In this document: positions 34,498-40,118 of the stretch, piece by piece | Position numbering within the stretch: the stretch's first letter is position 1 | Layout: each line of letters opens with the position of its first letter | Origin: Octopus bimaculoides | Lineage: Eukaryota | Length of the DNA stretch: 40,118 nucleotides | Assembly (NCBI RefSeq): GCF_001194135.2 | Contig: NC_068998.1 | Span: forward strand, 46,501,864-46,541,981 | Direction: 5' to 3' | Translations under genes and position numbers: made by a program | The notes under the pieces: model-generated | Database searches by the model: none | What the model saw: the letters and a program-made list of their open reading frames with translations, nothing else | Told to the model about the DNA's origin: nothing

Positions 34498-34530
<33 letters not shown>
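34278..34530 (-). mobile_element. SINE family A 3' module running into a gap at its microsatellite
   Basis: gactgcagccatgctggaacaccacctttagtcgagc...ggttgtcaagc; tail (ttcttttta)n. Confidence 0.85.
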
Positions 34531-34979
34531 NNNNNNNNNNNNNNNNNNNNNNNNNNNNNNNNNNNNNNNNNNNNNNNNNNNNNNNNNNNNNNNNNNNNNN
34601 NNNNNNNNNNNNNNNNNNNNNNNNNNNNNNNNNNNNNNNNNNNNNNNNNNNNNNNNNNNNNNNNNNNNNNNNNNNNNNNNNNNNNNNNNNNNNNNNNNNN
34701 NNNNNNNNNNNNNNNNNNNNNNNNNNNNNNNNNNNNNNNNNNNNNNNNNNNNNNNNNNNNNNNNNNNNNNNNNNNNNNNNNNNNNNNNNNNNNNNNNNNN
34801 NNNNNNNNNNNNNNNNNNNNNNNNNNNNNNNNNNNNNNNNNNNNNNNNNNNNNNNNNNNNNNNNNNNNNNNNNNNNNNNNNNNNNNNNNNNNNNNNNNNN
34901 NNNNNNNNNNNNNNNNNNNNNNNNNNNNNNNNNNNNNNNNNNNNNNNNNNNNNNNNTATATATATATATATATATATAT

Positions 34980-35842
34980 ATTAGGGTGTTCAGAAAGTAA
35001 TTACATTTTTTTCATGCACTGTGAAATATGAGTCAACCAATCGGGTCAGAGCCAGGGTCGAATGGGTGGGGAACTGTTTCAAGATAGTATATCATCTCTT
35101 CTATCCGGCAGTGTGTCATTCATAGTTGTTTCCGTAATTAACTCCATCAAAGATAAGAACTTTTATGAAACAACATATTCGCTATTGCTTACTGTATGAA
35201 TTTCAAAATAAAAGTGCTGGTACAGAAGCAATGGAAACCATTTGTGAAGAAGTGTATCCGGAGGCAACAAAAGCTCGTACATGTCAGCTGTGGTTTAAAA
35301 AGGTTTAAGTATGGCAATTGTGACATATCTAACAAGCCTCATTCTGGAAGATGACCCATTCTGAATGGCGACCCTTTGAATGAGACTATTGTATCAAGTC
35401 CAAATTGAAGCACCAGAGATTTGGCGCAAAGACTTAATGTATCATATTCAACTATCCACAAACATCTCAAGCAAATTGGGAAAACAAGCAAAGAGGGAAT
35501 TTAGGTTCCACATGAACTTACACTTGAGAACCAAACATAATGTTCCACCATCTGCAACAGTCTTCAAACCAGGAATATCAACCTGTAATTTCTGCAGCAC
35601 GTTGTTACAGGTGATGAAAAATGGGTTTTACATCGCAACAGAAAATGAAAAGAACAATGGTCATCACGTAATGAGAGGCCAGTGCCAACACCGAAACCAG
35701 AATCTCCATCCATAAAAATCCTTGGTCTGTGTTTGGTGGGACATGAAAGTTATCATCCATTACCAGCTACTAGAACATGGAAGAATCATCAATGCAGAAG
35801 TCCATTGCCAACAACTTGATTGTGTAAATGAAAAATACCCTA
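34980..35842 (+). pseudogene. mariner transposase pseudogene (cecropia/Hsmar1-like TIR)
   Basis: TIR-like attagggtgttcagaaagtaatt. Decayed motifs HIRYCLLYEF, TCQLWF, I*VPHEL (WVPHEL, ~35502), VVTGDEKW (~35600), LHP*K, VCVWWD, HYQLL...INAEVHCQQL. Multiple stops and frameshifts. Confidence 0.92.
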
Positions 35843-36265
35843 ATATATACATACACACACATATATATNNNNNNNNNNNNNNNNNNNNNNNNNNNNNNNN
35901 NNNNNNNNNNNNNNNNNNNNNNNNNNNNNNNNNNNNNNNNNNNNNNNNNNNNNNNNNNNNNNNNNNNNNNNNNNNNNNNNNNNNNNNNNNNNNNNNNNNN
36001 NNNNNNNNNNNNNNNNNNNNNNNNNNNNNNNNNNNNNNNNNNNNNNNNNNNNNNNNNNNNNNNNNNNNNNNNNNNNNNNNNNNNNNNNNNNNNNNNNNNN
36101 NNNNNNNNNNNNNNNNNNNNNNNNNNNNNNNNNNNNNNNNNNNNNNNNNNNNNNNNNNNNNNNNNNNNNNNNNNNNNNNNNNNNNNNNNNNNNNNNNNNN
36201 NNNNNNNNNNNNNNNNNNNNNNNNNNNNNNNNNNNNNNNNNNNNNNNNNNNNNGAGAAAAGAGAA

Positions 36266-36410
36266 GTTGAAAATTTACTGGGATTTGTTTAGATTTTTTT
36301 TATTTCAACTTTCTATCTCAACTTTTGAAAAATCAAAAAAATCTGTGAAACTGGTTGTCTTTAATAATTTAAAAATAAAAAATCTAAACGAACCTCAGTG
36401 CATTTTCAAC
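36266..36410. mobile_element. AT-rich MITE-like inverted repeat (~40-bp arms)
   Basis: gttgaaaatttactgggatttgtttagatttttt vs aaaaaatctaaacgaacctcagtgcattttcaac. Confidence 0.6.
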
Positions 36411-36724
36411 CCCCCCTCTCTCTCTCTCTCTATATATATATATATTAATGTCTGTGTGTGCATGTGTAAGTATATATATGTATGTGAGTGTGTACAGAAG
36501 AAACAAAAATGAAAAGCGACCAGAAAACACATTATACAGCTAAAGAATTGTTAAATGCTTCTGTTAAAATCTTCTTATAGTCTCCAGTAATTGGAAAATC
36601 TCTTTTATGATTGGCAGATTCTTGAAAATAAATGGAATGGAATAATTGTCAAGTGCTGAGTGCTTCCAATCATGCATGCATACATACATACATACATACA
36701 TACATACACAAGCAGCAGGAGCAG

Positions 36725-36890
36725 CATTTAATGTGTTTTCCATGCTAGCATGTGTTGAATGGTTTGACAGGAGCTAAGTTGCACCAGGCTTAAATTGTTT
36801 GTTTTTAGCAAGGCTTCTATGGCTGGATGCCCTTCCTAAAGCCAACTACTTTACAGAGTCTACTGGGTGTTTTTTATGTGGGACTGGCAC
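36725..36890 (-). mobile_element. Retroposon family E 3' fragment
   Basis: Reverse complement (cccagtagactctgtaaagtagttggctttaggaagggcatccagccatagaa) aligns with 37720-37785. Confidence 0.65.
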
Positions 36891-36965
36891 GTTTGTGTAT
36901 GTGTATATACACTCATACACATACATACGCACATACACACATATGTACATACATATTTATGTATA

Positions 36966-37145
36966 GGCGCAGGCATGACTGTATGGTAAGAAGTTTGCTT
37001 CCCAACCACATGGTTCTGGGTTCGGTTCCACTGTATGGTACGTTGGGCAATTATCTTCTGCTATAGCCTTGGGCCAACCAAAGTACCAAAGTCTTGTGAG
37101 TGGATTTGGTAAACAGAAACTGAAAGAAACCCAATGTATATAGAC

Positions 37146-37195
<50 letters not shown>

Positions 37196-37455
37196 CATGT
37201 ATGTATGTATAGATGTATATATTTGTGTGTTTGTGTCTGTGTCTGTGTTTGTCTCCCCTGGCATTGCTTGACAACTGATGTTGGTGTGTTTATGTTCCTG
37301 TAATTTAGCGGTTTAGCAAAAGTGACCAACAGAATAAGTGCTAGGCTTACGAAGAATAAGTCCTGGGGTCAATTTGTTCGACTAAAACCCCTTAAGGTGG
37401 TGCCCCAGCATGGTCACAGTCAAATGACTGAAACAAGTAAAATAATAAAAGAATA
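36966..37455 (+). mobile_element. Full-length SINE family A (best ungapped copy)
   Basis: ggcgcagg head, A/B boxes, core, (TA)(TG)n at ~37135-37245, 3' module and tail gtaaaataataaaagaataa. Strong CpG decay. Confidence 0.92.
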
Positions 37456-37529
37456 AACATTCATGATAGTTTGTTCTGACAACCCGTAACTGCTATCTTA
37501 CCTTTTTCCCAAATACTTCTGCCCACCCA

Positions 37530-37860
37530 TTCTTGAATAAATGTGGGGTTCTCCACAGCAAGACACCTTTGCTTGTCCCTACCATAAGATTTCCTCTCCA
37601 CCCTCTCAAATACTCCTCTCACTTAGTCAAAAGGACTTTTCCCCTTTCCTCTTTTCTTTTTCTTTCCTGTTCTGCAAGCTACTTAGCAACCCCACTGGTG
37701 CTGATGTCAAGTAAAAGGTGCCCAGTACACACTGTGAAGTGGTTAGCATTAAGAAGGACATCCAGCCATACAAAACCATGTCAAAACTGAACATGGAGCA
37801 TGGAGCATGATGCAGCCTTGTGACTCACCAGATCCTGTCAAACCATCCGACCACATGTCT
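37530..37860 (+). mobile_element. Retroposon family E fragment
   Basis: Homologous to 36725-36890 in the opposite orientation. The 5' boundary is uncertain. Confidence 0.55.
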
Positions 37861-38154
37861 GGTAAGTTCACCATTGTCAATTCATTGCAGGTAAAGTTCA
37901 CCATTATCAATTCATTACAGGGATATTTCACTATCATAAATTCATTACAAGGAAAGTTCACCATCATTGATTCATTGCAGGCAAAGTTCACCATTATCCA
38001 TTCATTGTTTTGTTTTGTCAATAAAATAGTTTTTTTTATTATTAATGGTGAGATACTGTGGATATATTTTCTCAGTAGACTTTTCTTGTGATAAACATTC
38101 TTCACAGTGAACTTTCATCACGGTGAATTAATGGCAGTGAAATTACTCGTAATC
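37861..38154. repeat. 30-bp tandem repeat x5 with inverted terminal motifs
   Basis: Unit gtaaagttcaccattatcaattcattgcag at 37861-38007. Inverted gtgaactt/ggtgaatt/gtgaaatt motifs at 38104-38154. Confidence 0.8.
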
Positions 38155-38964
38155 ATCGAATCCATATGAGCATGGAAAACAAAAGAGGTAGAGAGAGAAA
38201 GCAATACACTAGATGTTTATTATACTTTTACTTTCATTTTCTTTTTATTTTCCATTTTGTTTATTCTGCCCTGTCTGTCTGACACTTGTATATCTAAGTG
38301 TATCTGTACATAAGAATGTAAGTGTATGTATATCTGTATGCCTCTGTGTGTGAGGTTGTGTATACATACATATTTATTTATATTTACTTATATATATGTA
38401 TGCATGTGTGTATATGTGTATATATGTGTGTGTATGTATGTATGTATGTGTCTATCTATCTATCTATCTTTGTAACTATATCTATATACATACTTACATA
38501 TATACTTTACATATATATCAGATTAAAATGGATTAAAAAAACTGAGTGATTTCCTCAGTCAGCTCTTCTGCAAATACTGCCAAGCATAACACACAGAAAC
38601 GGAGAGTTCTCACTGAAGGAAACCATTCGATACAAACTGAAATTCCAAGGATAATTTATTGATCACAGACCATAATACAATAAGTCCAAGAATGGAAATT
38701 ATGGCATTACATTTATATACTCCATTACAATGGTTTCAATAGCACGTGGTCTAAGCAACTATATATCATAATTTTCCAAGTGTCATTTGTATTGCCTGAT
38801 TGATCTTTGTCTAATGAGATGAACATAGATCACATATAATATGTTGTAAGATCACGTAATCGTTATTTGTATTTATGATGTATGTGAACCATGCACTGTT
38901 GAGACAATCATAATGAAGCTATAAATGCAATGCTGTTGTGTGTGTGTGTGTATACATGCACATA

Positions 38965-39167
38965 AGTGGGTGCTGAAAAGTTCCTGGCTTTATGGGTGTT
39001 GCGAGAGGCCTGGTTGGCGGCCCAACATTCAGAGTTCTTTTACAAAGTTTAGAGAAACTGAAGCACTGAAGTGTGAATCTGAGAGGGGGATATGTTGAAT
39101 AAAATCATAATTAACTGAGCCTCCTGTAATTTCTTTTACCCATAGGCAGGAACTTTTCAGCATCCCC

Positions 39168-39171
<4 letters not shown>
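38965..39171 (+). mobile_element. Internally deleted mariner (MITE) with both TIRs
   Basis: TA-flanked TIRs ..gggtgctgaaaagttcctggc / gcaggaacttttcagcatccccctca. Internal remnant of the mariner C-terminus (tatgttgaataa, ..YVE*). Confidence 0.78.
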
Positions 39172-39198
<27 letters not shown>

Positions 39199-39203
<5 letters not shown>

Positions 39204-39470
39204 TAGTTATCGCCAAGCCAACATGGCAGTCCCAAAATTAGGACGAAAGCTGCCGTGAATTAGCTCCAAGAAGCCATCGCCTCTAGCTAGCTATGTGACA
39301 CACGAAACCAGCAAGGGGAAACTTCTGACCTCCCCTGTTCGAAGGTTATAAAGGACACAGGTTTCGTGTGTCACATAGCTAGCTAGAGGCGATGGCTTCT
39401 TGGAGCTAATTCACGGCAGCTTTCGTCCTAATTTTGGGACTGCCATGTTGGCTTGGCGATAACTATTAAT
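39199..39470. repeat. Perfect 111-bp inverted repeat with 50-bp spacer
   Basis: 39199-39309 is the exact reverse complement of 39360-39470 (checked by eye). Confidence 0.92.
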
Positions 39471-39534
39471 TTCCAGTACCGCTGCCGTAGTCTCCTTTAG
39501 AGAGACTTAGAAATATTAATAAATATATATATAT

Positions 39535-39690
39535 ATTCTTTTATTTGTTTCAGGCTTTTGACTGTGGCCATGCTGGAGCATCACCTTAAGGGGTTTGAGT
39601 TGAAGAGATCAACCCAAGGACTTATTCTTTGTAAGCCTGGCACTTTTCCTGTTGCACCCTTTTGCCGAACTACTAAGTTATGAGGACATA
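39535..39690 (-). mobile_element. Decayed SINE family A 3' module
   Basis: gactgtggccatgctggagcatcacc...gacttattctttgtaagcc...tttgccgaac. Confidence 0.75.
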
Positions 39691-39962
39691 AGTACAAATA
39701 TAGTTGTTAGTTGTATGTGTGTGCATGCGCATGTGTGTGTGTATATTGTACATACACACACACACATATGGTGAGTGGGGGGGACTAACACTCATCTAAA
39801 CTGGTCTTTCTTTTTTTGCATGTTACATATGCTGACAATGCAATCTAATTAATGTAACGATGTACACACACACACACACATTCATACAAACACGTATGTA
39901 TAGATACATGTGCACTGATTTTCTCCATTATTAGTCACCATAAATAATGCAACTTAATATAT

Positions 39963-40066
39963 ACACCACCACCACCACCACCATCATCACCAACAGCTAT
40001 GCAATCACCACCACCAACGTTACAGTCATCTTCAGTATCACCACCACCACCACCACCACCACCACC
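39963..40066. repeat. (ACC/ATC)n trinucleotide tract
   Basis: Direct. Confidence 0.8.
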
Positions 40067-40118
40067 CATCAACGTAAAGTGCACCTGTTCCTTGTATGTA
40101 CATTAGAGTGCAACCAGG

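Noticed and set aside
1069-36292. Long ORFs spanning N runs, and VCVC/YIYI/HTHT ORFs throughout
   Set aside because: Artefacts of gaps and dinucleotide repeats.
37861-38007. CRISPR-like 30-bp periodicity
   Set aside because: Units are contiguous with no unique spacers, there are no cas genes, and the context is eukaryotic.
38545-38670. Short open frames on both strands (e.g. SSANTAKHNTQKRRVLTEG)
   Set aside because: Weak splice signals and no homology recognised.

Overview
AT-rich, microsatellite-saturated animal genomic DNA from a gapped draft assembly. The SINE complement and repeat style resemble octopod cephalopod DNA; that assignment is inference from memory, not a search result. Most ORFs in the track are artefacts of N gaps or simple repeats. 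Supported content: (1) many tRNA-headed SINEs of at least four families, one with a built-in (TA/TG)n tract; (2) a frameshifted RTE-clade LINE 3' fragment, an older LINE remnant, two mariner transposase relics, and several hAT, pogo/Tigger and mariner MITEs, some with intact TSDs; (3) a candidate minus-strand spliced gene. A 44-nt coding exon at 21738-21695 joins in phase across a ~14 kb intron to an exon starting at 7510, and together they make a signal peptide. The most unusual observations are: two related fold-back elements built from head-to-head TTAGGG/CCCTAA arrays; a perfect 111-bp inverted repeat in a (TA)n tract; and a switch from CpG-intact to CpG-decayed copies of the same SINE family at about 25-27 kb, suggesting a germline methylation domain boundary. 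No rRNA, bona fide tRNA or CRISPR array was seen.
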